Source: Marsupella aquatica
Taxonomy: Eukaryota; Plantae; Marchantiophyta
Length of the DNA stretch: 64,000 bases
Assembly: GCA_973895155.1 (NCBI GenBank)
Contig: OZ316897.1
Location: forward strand, 13,949,375 to 14,013,374
Direction of reading: 5' to 3'
The notes under the pieces were generated by a model. The model did not search any database and was not told the DNA's origin. It saw nothing but the letters and a program-made list of their open reading frames with translations. Shown in pieces: positions 1 through 13,853 of this stretch. A program made the translations under genes and the position numbers. Within the stretch, counting starts at the first letter, position 1. Every line of letters begins with the position of its first letter.

Positions 1-463
1 TGCAACGTAAAGCAAACACCAACAGTTCAGCGTCGGTAGTCAGCATCACAACGGCCCTTTCAAGAGTTTGAAAATTTATCCAATCTCACTTGAACGTGAC
101 ATATGCATAACAGTTCTTTCACCAAGTCCTCACTAAATTGACCAAGAAATTCGGGAAAGTCATCTTCAATGGATATGAACGGCTCCGGCTTGTGAAACGG
201 CAATGCAAGGGATGTCGTGTCCTGATGCAATTCGACAACAACGTTCCAAGATTCCCCTCGCATGCATTGAAGACAGTTGGGGGATGAACAGCCTTGCGAT
301 AGCTGAATCCGTCATATGAATTTGAGGCCTCCGTAAACGAGATGGGAATATCAATACGAAAATAGGCATGTAGGGAGGTATTTCCCAAGATCTCCAGACA
401 CATGCAACAATTCAACATTTTCCTGGAGTTTTGGATGGCTGGCCTTGCAGAATTCCGACATAC

Positions 464-985
464 CTGTAGCAGAGACGAGAGAGTCTCAAGTGAGACTGTC
501 CCGCGATGACCAGCCTCAGAAAACCTAATGACGAAACGTTCCCTGAACAAAGAGCCTCCCTCAAGAATGCAGCCGAAACCGATGTAATCCCTAGAATACA
601 ATTGAAGATCCACTGAGCGATCTGTGGTCAAAATGGCTGATCCATTTTCTGTCGCAGCGGCAGGTTTTCCCACAACCGTACTGAGGCTGCTTTCTTGCAC
701 TGCTGCCCGGCAGTAGCCGGTTGTGCTTCTCTCGATCCCTTCGCTCCTCACATGGCTGCCACTTCTCCCGCCCACAGCTGCTGCACTGGAGAAATCGCTA
801 GCGGCATCTTTGGCTGTCCTCAACTTCGGGGAAGAAGAATTACCAACGCAGGCTCTTGGCATCGCCACTTGGGACGCTCCATGAGGTACGGTGGTGGCGG
901 CCTTAGAAGGCCGAAAGGGAGATGGCAGAGGTATACCACTCCGGCATTGGGCAATCGCCGGGCAAGCAGCAGTGCGCATTTGCAT
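464..985 (-). CDS. Acyl-ACP thioesterase (FAT family), first coding exon; gene continues off the left edge of the window
   Basis: ATG at 985, Ser/Ala-rich transit-peptide-like N-terminus, then GCILEGGSLFRERFVIRFSEAGHRGTVSLETLSSLLQ, resembling the FatA/FatB hot-dog domain start (G..F...F.IR..E.G....S.ET...LQ). Ends at CAG|GTATGT donor at 464/463, the usual first intron position in plant FAT genes. Confidence 0.85.
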
Positions 986-3899
986 TTTGCCGGATTAGAT
1001 CGATTTCTTTCCCGCGCCTTCTCTCCCCCTGCCTCTAACCCCCAAGCAAGTGATCTACAGGAAAGCAGCACACCGAGAATCACTACTACGATATCACAAC
1101 CACCTCTAGGGTACCGGAGGACTAGCTCCTCAAACATAGGGGCCCTGCAAACAGCAACAACAGCCCCAAGAATTTGGTAAAACCCCGGACCCGAACCCAA
1201 AAACCTCAATCTCTCGGCCTCACAGCTGTTGGGTGGCGTGGGTTTGCCTGAAGCAAGATTCACTCGCTCTAAAGCACGAACCAACCCAACCGATCAATCA
1301 ACAACAAACGATTCCACCGACAAGCTAAAAACCATTCCGCCAGCAGACAGCAAGACACCCTCACCCACGCCAAGCTAAGCCAAGCCAAGGAATGCAATGA
1401 AAGAAATCCACCCTGCTTGATTGTTCTGGCTACCATACAGTGCAGTGCCGAGCAGCAGAGCAGCAGTGGTGGCGCCGGTAAGCAAGCAGGCAGATTTTAG
1501 AACTGTACAAGAAGCGGAACAGGGGATCGAAAAAATCGAGATAGGCTGGAAGCCTTCTCGTAGTTGATCTGCCTGATTATTGGACTCGGCCTGTATAAAG
1601 GAAGGTAAGGCAAGGCGAGGGCAGGCAGGCAATCGCTTTCGCTGCAGCAGAAGCAGACGCTGACTGATGAGCGGCCAAGCTCCGCAGCAGAGGAGCCCAC
1701 CACTAGGAGACCAACGAACCCAATAGGCAAACCAGAGAATCGGGAGGCAACAAGCAATGTCAAGACAGGGCTTGAATTTACTCTGCATATATTATTGGGA
1801 AGCAATCAAGACGCCAATGCACCGATTGTACCACGCCACGAAGGGCGGTTGAGTCCGACAGGCAAACGACATGCGCGCACGGAGACAAGAGCCCGGCGAT
1901 TTGGACGAGGAGTTGGAAGGGGATTTGCGGTCGCAGTCAGCTGCGAAAGGGGGACATCGATGCGGAGAAACCCAAGATTCTGCCAGTCCCCCTCTGCATG
2001 GGAGGCAATGCTGAATGCTCCCCCCTAGGCCCGGACCGACCCAATTTGTGCAACGTGCACGACTAGGAGCGATCGAGCGAGCGAGCGAGCTTGTGAGCCA
2101 CCCCGTATTTTACAGGAGAGCAGGGCAGAGGAATGTGCTCGTCCGGTTCCTAATTACAGCGGTACTTCGACACGTTTGACTCGTGTGTAATGCGTACCCA
2201 GCGGTGGTTCCTCATCTTGTGACGTTTGTTTCCCTCTGTGCGTGTGCTCCACTACAGAAGTACAGAGAGCTCATGCATTATTCGAGCCAACTCGCATGTA
2301 CCAGACCTTAATTTACCAGCCCTCACCGTCACCCCTGTCGCGAAATAATTGGCAAATATAGATCGCGTTTGACAGGAGTGTATGCCCTTAGTTTACCTGC
2401 CATCAAGATTGCAAAATGATCAGGACAAAGTAGATGAGGGCCTCTCAAAGTTATCCCCTAACCAATGTGTTATGAGTTTGTTTGTTTTTAACCTATCACC
2501 CTTATGGGGTAAGTATTTTGATAATCCATAGTCATTTTGCTCTACGTAAGAGAGTTTTAAGCCTGAGCCATAATTGAATCATAGCTGTGTTTTGACACTC
2601 CCTATTGCATTTGATAGGTGTAGTATTGGCTGACTTGCAAGGACACGTGAGTGCTTTGCTTTTGTATTCTTGACATGTCAAAGGTCAAGACCTTGAGGGC
2701 TGGAAAGTTTCTAGCCCTTGCCCTTGGAAGTCCACATCATGTGCCGTCTGGCCTTGCCTCGGAGGGGGTTTAGGCGTCCATTTCTTGCTCACTTACATGC
2801 TGCCATGAGTCAGTCAGGCTGAGGGGTAGAAAACATAGGGCCACTCATATGCAAGTTAGCTCTTAGCTATTCTTGGTATTCACTATGCTTTGTAGGGCAG
2901 TGGGGGTCCATTTAAGGCCCAACTTGCATGTACGCAGGTCTAAAGAATGCAACCCTCAACTTGACTCCGGGCAACACTTGATAGAGTGCAATTTGCATTT
3001 GTAGAGCATCAACATTTGTAGAGCATCATCTTTGTAATGGGTTTATTTGCAATTTTGCCTTGGAACCAGAATGAAAGAGGACCATCATCTGTAGCAGGAT
3101 AATTTTTAAGGTTTTTCCTTTTCCACAAGGTGGCCATGTCACCTTGTGTGAAGGACAAGTTGCTAAGAAGTTCCTTTAACTAATCTAACTAGATTAATTT
3201 GTGACCATTAGATCTTGCTAGATTAATGGGGCACCTATGTGGGAAACTGGCTACTCACAGACAAAAAACATGGCCATGTTTTCCCAAAAGTGGCCAAAAC
3301 GTTTGGGTGAGGTGAAATATGTTATTTTGCCACTTTAAAAAAATGCTGACCATCATGGCTTTGGTGGGTTGATTTGCTTTTTGCCTTGGAACCGAAAAGA
3401 AGGCCATCGTCCGTTGACTATCTTCACTTTGGTGGGTTTATATTCTGGTTATACTACTCTGGTAGCAAGAGTATTCCTACATAAAGGCGAGGTCAAAAAG
3501 TGGCCCCTCAACAGCATGCAGCTCGGACTTACAGAAAGGCAAGGTCAGAAAGGCCGCCCCTCTATATGGTTATTAGGCCCCTCAAGTTACACCCCCTCTA
3601 TAGTGCTCTATAGTGCTGTGGTTTAGAAAAAATGGTAGAGATATATCCCCGGGTTTTAGCAAGTTGCTTTTAACAATTTGACCAACATAGAAAACCTAAA
3701 AATCCCACAATCCTAGCAATCACCAGTACAAAGAGGGAAATTAGCTTTAAATGGTGTCCCAAAACTGCTTGTTTCTTGGGGTGTGACCCCTTTTGCAAAG
3801 TTATTACTTGGTGGGGGCCAGACAGTCGCACCGTCACCGTTGTTCTCATGCATGTTCACCGTTGTTCTCATGCATGTTTCACAATTGTGACAAATGTTG

Positions 3900-4490
3900 T
3901 GCATGAACAAACTGCATCCGGCTGTCAATCTTGTCACCCATATGACTGCATGGGGCTATTTCCAGCATGTTGGGCTGCCCTTCTGGCAGTTCTGCATGTT
4001 GTATATGGAGAGGAAAATGTATCTCAAGCAAGATACCATCTCAACTTAGCTTGGGTAGGATTGCACACATAGAGGTGGCCCTCATCAATCAACAACACTG
4101 AGCATCCCCAAGATCTTTGGGGTCTCAGTATGAGGAGGCACTCCCATGACATGAGACCATGTTGGACTTAGATCTAGAAATGGTTTTGAGGCAGTGCAAC
4201 AATCCCAATTAACATTCAGAACTGATGTTGCTGCTACCTTCTCTAAGCCCTGCTCCGAATTTGGGTTTATAACTCAGACAATCTTTACCTAGAACAAGGT
4301 TCCAAGGAAAAGATTCAAAATCTTTCATATTAAGTCTTGCTCCAAAGGCGATATAACAATTCTATTCTTTTTTGCACTAAATGGTCAACTCGAGTACTGG
4401 AAGTGAGCATTGTGGAGCTATTCCTGTCAGGGAGCCCCCACAAATGAAATACCCTTAGCTGGGCTCAGAACACTCCATGTGATAGTAAAG
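3900..4490 (+). pseudogene. Heavily decayed extracellular LRR (PGIP-like) gene remnant
   Basis: Fragments in shifting frames: LHGAISSMLG, ISSKIPSQLSLG, TMLDLDL, NGQLEYW, CGAIPV..PQMKYLSWAQN resemble plant LRR xLxGxIP repeats and the LCGxIP cap; many stops and frameshifts. Confidence 0.3.
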
Positions 4491-5699
4491 AGTACAGGAA
4501 ATAATGAGGATTGGAAATCAAAATTTGTTAAGTGTTTGAGAAACACACTATATTGCAACATTTTGGGGTAGCTTATGGTATGATTATGACAAATTGGTCA
4601 CTTTTTGTGCAATTTGTGCCTTTAAATCTTGGACTCAATACAAAAATATCAACCCTAGATATTGTTTACAAGGGAGTCATTTGACTTCACAAAAGAGATG
4701 TCATTTAGGGGGCTACTTTTGGGTTGGCAAAAATCCAATCCTACCTCGTGTTTTGTGGGAACCTCAATCATCCGTTGTAGCACGGTCACTTTTGTCAGTT
4801 TTATACCATGGCATTGGATGATTTCTTTTTATACCCTTAGGGCTATTTGTTTTCACTAGTTCCTCCGCCCCACCTTGATAGTGTGGCAATCCTAAAACAC
4901 ATGAGTAGCTTCAATTCGTTAGAAAAAATGTCCAGGGTTTTATAAAATTAATTAAATATTGGGGAATATAAAAAAGAAAGAACATATGTTAACGTATTGG
5001 GGGGATTTTTTCACTATCTAGATAAATTGATTAGATTTGAGTCCATGTATCCAGATAGAAGTTGTTACTATTAAACAAAAATAGATCTTTGTAGTGGCAT
5101 AAAGACGAAAGTCCCCATTTTGCATTTGAAAATAGACAAGAAAATTGTTTTAATTGTTTGTAGGGGAAAAAAAAGGGGTCGGGCCCAAGCAAGACAAGGA
5201 ATCAACTGTCGGCATTCCTTGTGAGGAAAAATCTTTGATTTATAATATGAGCTGGACAGACAAACCTTATTTAGTTTTAGAGTACTTTACACATTGTGTT
5301 TTTTGGTTTTCTGGTGAAGTTTACATATTGGATGTGATTTAAGTCAGGAGCATCTTTCATGGTTCAATCACCATTCCAATTCTAATGTAATGGATGGCAA
5401 CTTTTCAGAATTACAAATATTATCACTTTAATAAAAGAATCAAATACAACTTAGATTAGTTTTATGTACTCCTACTTATGTAAACTTTAATACTTGTAAG
5501 TAAGCTAATACATGTTCTCTTACTTTTGTTCCTTTTCAATATAAAATGTAATACATACACTTCAAAGTCAACAAAGTCAAATGTTTACACCAAAATGCTC
5601 ATGAAATTCTTAAATTTGCATCACAAATCATTTTGATGTTTCATAAGCACTCTAAAACATTTTGTTAGTCAGGTATTAAATTTTAATAATTATTTGATG

Positions 5700-7392
5700 A
5701 ATCCTCAGAAAGTTTTGGGCATCCAGTTTTTTTCAGTTTTTTTACTATTTGGCGCGTTAATTCCATTTTTCTTAAGTTTCTACCATTCCTAAGTACAACA
5801 ATTTTGATGGTGTTTCAGACTAACACAATGGAGTTTGTTTTGCCCATCCTAACAATTTTTGATGGCGTTTCAGACTAACACAAGTAGTCGTGTGTGTTTG
5901 TCACAGTGGAGTTTGTTTTGCCCATCCTGATTGACTGCGTAAAGTTAGCAGCCAATTCACACCAAAAAGAAAACATGATTGGCTGTTTTTGGAAGGACAC
6001 TTCACTTTTGAGGACACCCCTGAGTAGTTTTTCCAGCCGCTTCAACCAATTGCAAATTATGGATTTTTGGCATACTTCTGCGTCTGGTGTAGCAGACTTA
6101 TGTGCTTATTTGGACAACTTTTGGATCTCTCTTTAATTTCAAATTTTCCAGCTATACTAATCAAACCAAGTATCAATGGACGTTTCACTTTTGTGAAGGA
6201 TACCCTGAGTAGTTTGGGCATGAGCAACTACTTCTCAATGGGTAAACTAGTTGAAACCAACTGCAAAAGGTGAGTCCATTTGAAGGTCACATTTCAATCA
6301 AAACTGTAAAATGTGTTACTGGAGTCTTTTCAGACATTCTATGTCACTCCATATATTATAGCTTTGGAAAACCATTCACACTTCACAACAAATCCCTTGG
6401 TCCATCTAGGCTTTCTTTGAAAAATTCTCATCATACACTTCATAAACATATCTCAAAACCTTTGTAGAAGATTGGTAAAGACTGAAGTGATGCTTCCATG
6501 GAGCAAGCAAGTGAACCATGCAACTTCCATGGACCACACCACTCTTTACACATTTACTCATGGACACCCTTATCTTTTCCAAACAACTTTCACCAATAAA
6601 GTTTGACCTTTATTGTCTACCTTAGTTATTATTGAGTGTAATTGGCTCTTCTTGGACTTTTGGAAGCATCTTGGAAAGATCTTCCCATGCCAACAAGTCT
6701 AATGTCTCTAATTTTCATGAAGAATTGAGAGTCTAATCCTAAATTTCTAAAGATTGCTCAGTCACTTGTCAACACTTTATGCTTCTTATATATTGTAGCT
6801 TCTAACTTTGACATTTAGTATGTCCTTGATACCCATTGGAATCTCACTTTATTTCAGCAGCAACCGTTGACATTTAGTATCTCCCTTGATACCCGGCCAA
6901 TGGAATCTCATGTAATAGGGTTCCTTAGAAACTACTTGGAAAGATCTTTCCCATGAGCCTAAAACTGTCAAATTTCATTTACAATTGAGAGGCCTACAAA
7001 TTTTCAAAGGTGACTCTCTTTTTCTTGCCACATTTCTCCCATATGTGTGAGGATCTTTTGTTTCAGACCCGGTTTCAAGACAACTTATATTTCAATTGAC
7101 AGCAGGATTGACAGCCAAACTTTTGAGGTTTCATAAGGATGAAGAATAGTTTAAACGCTTTTGTAATAAACTTTTATGTTAATCTTATGAAGATCATCAC
7201 TCTGAGTTTATTTACAAAAATGGGCCAAACGAAGTTTAATGAAGAATATGCAAAGGAGGTCCATTGCGAGCAATCTTCTTAAAATTTGTTGAAGGTCTTG
7301 GGATATTTTTTTTCAGACAACTTGCATTCTAATTCAGTGTCTAGATTCAATTTAAAAATTAAATAAAGATTGTGTATAAGACTCGAAATGAA
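5700..7392. mobile_element. Old degenerate LTR-like repeat, host sequence of solo LTR 1
   Basis: Repeated TTGGAAAGATCTT(T)CCCATG motifs (~6671, ~6936) resemble the reverse complement of the GAGCTCTTTCCAA motif of the neighbouring 2.5-kb LTRs; AT-rich, no ORF; boundaries approximate. Confidence 0.3.
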
Positions 7393-9922
7393 TGTCACCT
7401 GCTTATCAAACGATTTACACGACAAATACGTATTTACTCCTACTAAAATCGTTTGTTATCGTATGACGGGAACGTGGAGGGACGCTATTCGGATTCTATT
7501 GCATGTAGGATGAGTATGTTTGATTCCGCTCCCGAAAGTGTAATTTTTGATCAAGTCTACCGACTAGCCTCTCTACTTTTGATCAAGTCCCATGGACTAC
7601 ATCACACACACTCATACTGGTCGTTGGTGGAGTGCTGTCACCACCCCTCCTACTCACATGGTTGACCAAACCGTGCAAGGATTCCTTAGACACTTCTTGG
7701 GGAAACAACACAATCTTGAACCAGAAAAAATAACGCCACACCAAAACTTGAGGAATCAAACCAAATCCATATCTTTTGGCAAAACGGCGTAACACATTGC
7801 AAGGACAACCCGGCCTCCTGCCGTCTGCCCAACTACTGCCTCACTTGGGCAAGTGCTACACCTCTACCTCACTACTCTGGCTTGATTCCCTCTTCTAGCT
7901 ATGAGCTAACTTCCCTAAGCAAACACTAGACTGAGTTCCCCCCCTCACTACTCCGGGGGTCTCCCCCTAAATACTAGAAACAAACATACCAAAGCCCCCC
8001 TCACGGGGTCACAAAGGTGGCGGCTACCCTAGCGGCGCTGCTAGAACCCTTCATGAAGAAATCCCTAATCCTAAAGCATGCGGCACATACATGCTCCTAA
8101 AACCCTAATCTAACAATGGGACCGACGGTGCCTTCGATGGCGCCCCAACATTGCTCCGTGAACCGCGAAAATGCAAGGGACCCCACAATTGCCCAAACTA
8201 GGTGCCACTCTGATTGCACCTCTGAACTCACCCCTGGGTAGCCCTGCTCCTCCTGATCATGAATCACCAAACCGCTCACGAAACGGACATCGGACGACCA
8301 AGTTATGGCCATTTCAGTATCCCGTACCAACCAACTTCGCGGGGCCCTATCTTCCTCATCCTCGCTCTGTTTGAGGAGCGCCGCCTCTTGTTGGAATCAG
8401 CTCCACGAGCTCTTTCCAACAAACCCATGAGTGCCCACTTCCAAAAAAATTCCAAAGTCAAGAAGTCGTACGACCAAGTCCGCACGGCCACCCTAGTCCT
8501 CCTCCTCACTCACTCACGGTGCCATGGCTTGAGCCCCGTGAGTTGGTCTCCTCATCGCTCTCCATTGGAGTGGATACCACTCCGCTAAACAAGGACTCAC
8601 TTGAGTCCACCACCTCCTATCCTATCTATCTACCCTGCCTACTAGCCTCAATCCTCCTGATCGCCACCACCGGTCCGTTGTAAAAGGAGGGGGCCCCTAT
8701 ACTTGTCAAAACTAAAATTTTCTCATAATTCACTTCTGAAAACATATCCGAGGAGCACTCCTCTTCCTGATCACGGCTCCGTAAACGGTGCACAAAACGG
8801 AGGTCAAATGGCCAAGATATGATCGTTTAACTTTGCACGGGACACCGTCTCTATCCATTTCGTCCGTACAACTCCAGGGGGCCCCGGCTTTGCAAAACAT
8901 GGATCATGGTTTCCTCTACCTCCTCCCTCCCTTGCAAAGCCGGGACCTCCTGCCGTACGGACGTCCGTACGGCCTCATAACCCCCGTATTCTCAAAAAAT
9001 GCAATCTGTTGTATCTCCCCCGTCTTAGCTCTGTTTTGGCCATGTGACACATTGTTGGATTCAGCTCGGCGAGCTCTTTCCAACAAGCCCATAGACTCCT
9101 GATTTTGAGATGATCGAAAATCTGATGTTTGTACAACCAGGGTCCGTACACACGGTGGAAGCAAGCACAAGAGGGAAAGGGTTTAGGGTTTAGGTATGGG
9201 AAGAAACCCCACAAGTGAGAATAGAGAAAAAGGGAAGGAAGAAAGTGTGAGGGCCCCTTCTACGGATGTGTTCTTCTACGGAGTGCCTCTCCACGGAGTG
9301 GGGAAGGGAAAGAGAGCAAAAACCATGTGAGAACCACACAAAGGGTGAAGGGGAACACAAGTGTGGGAACCCCTCCCTTCTAACGGCCCTCCCACCATCA
9401 CTACTCCAAGATTGCTTAGTTTGTCATTTTACGGGCGTTGAGGTCCCTCAAGATGTCACTGTTTGATATGAACCTAAAATCAACTAGAGAACCTCAGTTT
9501 TGCATGGGGCTCATTGAAGGCTTCAAAATGGATCCAAACATGACCATGTTTGGAATAGTACTAGCGCAGTAACGTCTATTTTAAGTTTCAACATTTTCTA
9601 TATTTTGGTCATTCTTTCCATTTTGCGCCTAACGTGGAGCCTCCGACCAGCCCCCACCCCTCCAAGATGCCCACACCTTGGCTCCAAGTCCTTGGGCTGC
9701 CTTGTGGCCTCCTTGTACCCCCTCAATGGTTCCCTTGTCATCCATCACCGCCCGACACCCCTCTCAACTCCGGCCTTCGGTTGTCGCATCCATTTATTAG
9801 AACTAACAAAAATAAAAAAAATCGAAAATCCAACCACTTTTACTACACCTACTTATCTTTCTACCTATATACGTAATTATAAGTCATCACTAAGTTACTA
9901 CCAGGTTTGGGGCCCTGTCACA
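7393..9922. mobile_element. Solo LTR (family L, 2530 bp), probably Ty3/gypsy-type
   Basis: TGTCACC...TGTCACA termini, perfect 5-bp TSD ATGAA (7388-7392 and 9923-9927), homologous along its length to 11277-13853, no internal coding domain. Confidence 0.92.
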
Positions 9923-11276
9923 ATGAACCTGGTCAGTTCATCCACATTTGAATCTAACTCCAAACCAATGTCACACCATTCTAAGTAGGGTTAGAGTGTA
10001 TTGTACTATCTAGATCTGTATGCTTGGTATGTGTGCTATATGAGCCGATAAGGTTTTGTTAGGTTTGTGTGAGAGGATAATTCTCTCTTGTGAGGCATCA
10101 AAAGGTTATCTTTCAATGCTGAGCCTTGGAGAGAGGAGCTCGTGTTGTGGCTATGGTGGTAGAGCTCCTTCTATGTGACATGGATTCCTTGAGTGTGTTG
10201 GCTTGACATATGTGTGTGATCGGATCGAACACAATCGAGTGCGTATTGTTGATGTCGATTGTGGTTCGATTCTATTGAGATTACATCAAAAGATCTGAGG
10301 AGCTTCAAACTCTGTTGTGCGGACAGAAGCTTGGTTTGATTTTGATTTTGTCATTGACAGTTTGTGGTAGCTCGAATTGATCGGATTTGTGTTTGACACG
10401 GATTCGTGGTATCTCAGATTGTTGGTTCTATTGATTCAGTACACCGTTGCTATTCAATCTGGTTCTGGCCGAGCTTGAACGTTGTTGGATCTGAATCTGG
10501 TCAACTGACAATTCAAAGGTTGTTGATTGAGTTGGAGTGGGAACAACAATGCTTTTTATGAAGGAAAGTGATGACTGAAGGTTGCTATTTTGATGGGGAG
10601 AATTGTTGTTTCTATCGCGCTATTGTTTTGTGGACAAATCTATTGGAATGTTGCTGAGTTCACAACAACATCAATTTGAGTGCTCACAATTGCGTTTTAT
10701 TGTGAAAGAACGCTTGTGAATGTCCCAAAACCGTGCGTGGCAATTTTGTGGAGGTCGAGAGTGATCAACATTGCTGTTTTTGTGAAGGAAACCACAACAG
10801 ATGTTGCCAAATTTTGTAGCGACAATGCAAGGGGTTGCTGCGTAGTCGATGCTGCATTTTTATGAAGAAAAATGACTGGTGATAGTCGCGTATATTGCCA
10901 AATCAATGTGTGGTCGGTTGTATCTGTGGATCCAACAGGGCAGGTCATCGACACAGCCGGTTGCTGAGTTTTTTTGTGAAGGAAATGGAGGACCAAAACC
11001 GGAAATGTTGTAGAAATTGGATTGAGTCTCGATGTAGCGAGCGTGGCTCACTCTTTGGCCTTGGTGTTTAGAGGCTTCGAGGCAACTCATGGTAACTCGG
11101 GACGAGGGGCATGAGGGCGGAGTAGGAGCGGGCGGACCAACAATTACGTGAGGAGAATTGCAAGTGCTATCATTTTGGAGTGGCAGATTGGTGCATAATG
11201 ACAAGTGAGAGGTCACCCATCCCAAAGCTATTCCTCCCCTCACGCGCTTAACTAGCTAGTTCTTATGTGGTGCATT

Positions 11277-13853
11277 TGTCACCTGCTTATCAAACAATTT
11301 ACACGATAATTACGTATTTCCTCCTACTAAAATTGTTTGTTATCGTATGACGGGAACGTGGAGGGACGCTATTCGGATTGTATTGCATGTAGGATGAGTA
11401 TGTTTATTTCCGCTCCCGGAAATGTAATTTTTGATCAAGTCTACGGACTAGCCTCTGCTTTTGATCAAGTCCCATGGACTACACCACACACCCTCCTGCT
11501 GGTCGCTAGTGGGGTGCTGTCACCACCCCCCCTACTCACATGGATGACCAATCCGTGCAAGGAGTCCTTAGACACTTCTTGGGGGAAGAACACAATCGTG
11601 AAACAGAAAAGATAACGCCACACCAAAACTTCAGTAATCAAACCAAATCCATATCTTTTGGTAACAAATCGTAACACATTGCAAGGACAACCCGGCCTCC
11701 TGCCTCACTGGGGCAAGTGCTACACCTCTACCTCACTACTTTGGCTTGATTAATTCCCTCTTTTGGCTATGAGATAACTTCCCTAAACCAACACTAGACT
11801 GGGTTCCCCCCTCTACTCACTACGGGGCTCCCCCCTAAATACCAAAAAAAACACCAAAGCACCCCTCATGGGGTCACAACGATGGCGGTTACCCTAGCAA
11901 CGTCGCTTAAAACCTCATTCAAGAAATCCCTAACCTAAGTCATGCGGCACATACATGCCACCTAAAACCCTAATCTATTACGGAACCGACGGTGCCTTTG
12001 ACGGTGCCAACTACCACTCCGCTAAACAAGGACTCACTTGAGTCCACCACCTCCTATCCTATCTATCTACCCTGCCTATCAGCCTCAATCTTCCTGATCG
12101 CTGTCGTGCGTATACACATCGCTACACAATATACATCGCTTGTCACATACATCCAAACATAGTCACACTGCCACATCACAAACACAAGAGAATGGAATAC
12201 AAGTGGAACTCATGTCCACACATGTCCAAAACCCACAATAATCTCCATACAATCGGCACAACGATCCCGGTCAATAATACCCCATCGATCCCGCACCGAT
12301 CCGATTACACACGTATGTCAAGCCAACGCACCTTGCACTACTCAAGGAATCCACGTTACACAAGCAGAGCTCACAGCCACCATAGCCACTCAAGCTCCTC
12401 TCTCTCCAAGGCTCAACATTGAAAGATGACCTTTCAATGCCTCACAAGTGAGAAGTACCCTCTCACACAAACCTGATGGAACCTTATCGGCTCATATAGC
12501 ACACATACCAAACATACGGATCTAGATAGTACGATACACTCTAACACTACCTAGAATGGTGTGACATCGCCACCACCGGTCTATCGTAAAAGGAGGAGGC
12601 CCCTACAATTGTCGAAACTAAAATTTCCTCAGAATTCACTTCTGAAAACATATTTGGGGAGCCCTCCTCTTTCTGATCACGGCTCCGTAAACGGTGCACA
12701 AAACGGAGGTCAAACGGCCAAGATATGATCATTTAAGTTTTTACGGGGCACCGTCTCCCTTCGTTTCGTCCGTACAACACCAGGGGGCCCCGGCTTTGCA
12801 AAACATAGATCACGGTTCCCCGTATGTGCTGCTACCTTCTCCTTCCCTTGTAAAGCCGGGACCTCCTGCAATACGAACGTCCGTACGGCCTCAAAACCCC
12901 CTATTCTCAAAAAATGCAATCTGTTGTATCTCCCCCGCCTTAGCTCCATTTCGGCCGTGTCCATCGTTGGATTCAGCTTGGCGAGCTCTTTCCAACAAGC
13001 CCGTAGACTCCTAATTTTGAGATGGCCAAAAAATTGATGTTTGTACAACCAAGGTCCATACGCACGTTGAAAGCAAGCACAATAGGGAAAGGGTTTAGGG
13101 TTTAGGAATGGGTGGGAATCTCACAAGTGAGAATAGAGAAAAAGGGGAGGAAGAAAGTGTGGGGGCCCCTTCTACGGATGTGTTCTTCTACGGATGTGTT
13201 CTTCTACGGATGTGTTCTTCTACAGAGTGCCCCTTCTACTGAGTGGGGAAGGAAAATTGTGGAAAACTATGGATTGAGGAAGGGAAATTGTGGGAGTCCC
13301 TTCCTTCTAAGGGCCCTCCCACCATCACTACTCCAAGATTGTCTAGTTTGTTGTTTTACGGGCTTTGCTCAAGGTCCCTCGAGATGTCACTGTTTGATAT
13401 AGACCTAAAATCAACTAGAAAACCTCAGTTTTGCATGGGGCTCATTGAGGGCTTCAAAACAAATCCAAAAATTATCATGTTTGGAATAGTACTAGCGCAA
13501 CAACGTCTATTTTAAGTTTCAATGTTTTCTATATTTTGGTCATTCTTCCCGTTTTGCGCCTTACGTGGAGCCTTCGACCAGCCCCACCCCTCCAAGATGC
13601 TCACACCTTGGCCTCCAAGTCCTTGGGCTGCCTTTTGGCCTCCTTGTACCCCCTCAATGGCTCCATTGTGATCCATCTCCACCCAACACCCCTCTCAACT
13701 CCGGCCTCCGTGTGTCGCATCAATTTATTAGAACTAACAAAAATTAAAAAAATTAAAAATCCAAACACTTTTGCTACACCTACTTGTCTTTATACTTATA
13801 TATGCAATTATAAGTTATTGCCAAGTTACTATCGGGTTGGGGCCCGTGTCACA
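11277..13853. mobile_element. Solo LTR (family L), second copy, with a nested insertion and an internal deletion
   Basis: TGTCACC...TGTCACA termini, perfect 5-bp TSD GCATT (11272-11276 and 13854-13858); lacks about 430 bp present at ~8146-8574 of copy 1. Confidence 0.92.
12102..12566 (-). mobile_element. Stand-alone B-A terminal-repeat unit (465 bp) of the split-LTR gypsy family
   Basis: Reverse complement reads TGTCACACCATTCTAGG...(B)...GAGATTA|TTGTGGGTTTTGG...(A)...GCACGACA, the same layout as 26685-27151. 4-bp TSD TCGC (12098-12101, 12567-12570); the empty site CTGATCGCCACC is visible in LTR copy 1 at ~8657. Confidence 0.9.

Noticed and set aside
119-463. C-terminal part of the 288-aa ORF as coding
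   Set aside because: Thioesterase similarity stops at LLQ, where a canonical GTATGT donor lies; the rest is intron read-through.
9182-9194. Telomeric TTTAGGG repeats (also ~13093, ~53446)
   Set aside because: Only 1-2 units; telo-box-like motifs, not an interstitial telomere.
7393-13853. One non-autonomous element with two 2.5-kb LTRs
   Set aside because: Each LTR has its own distinct 5-bp TSD.
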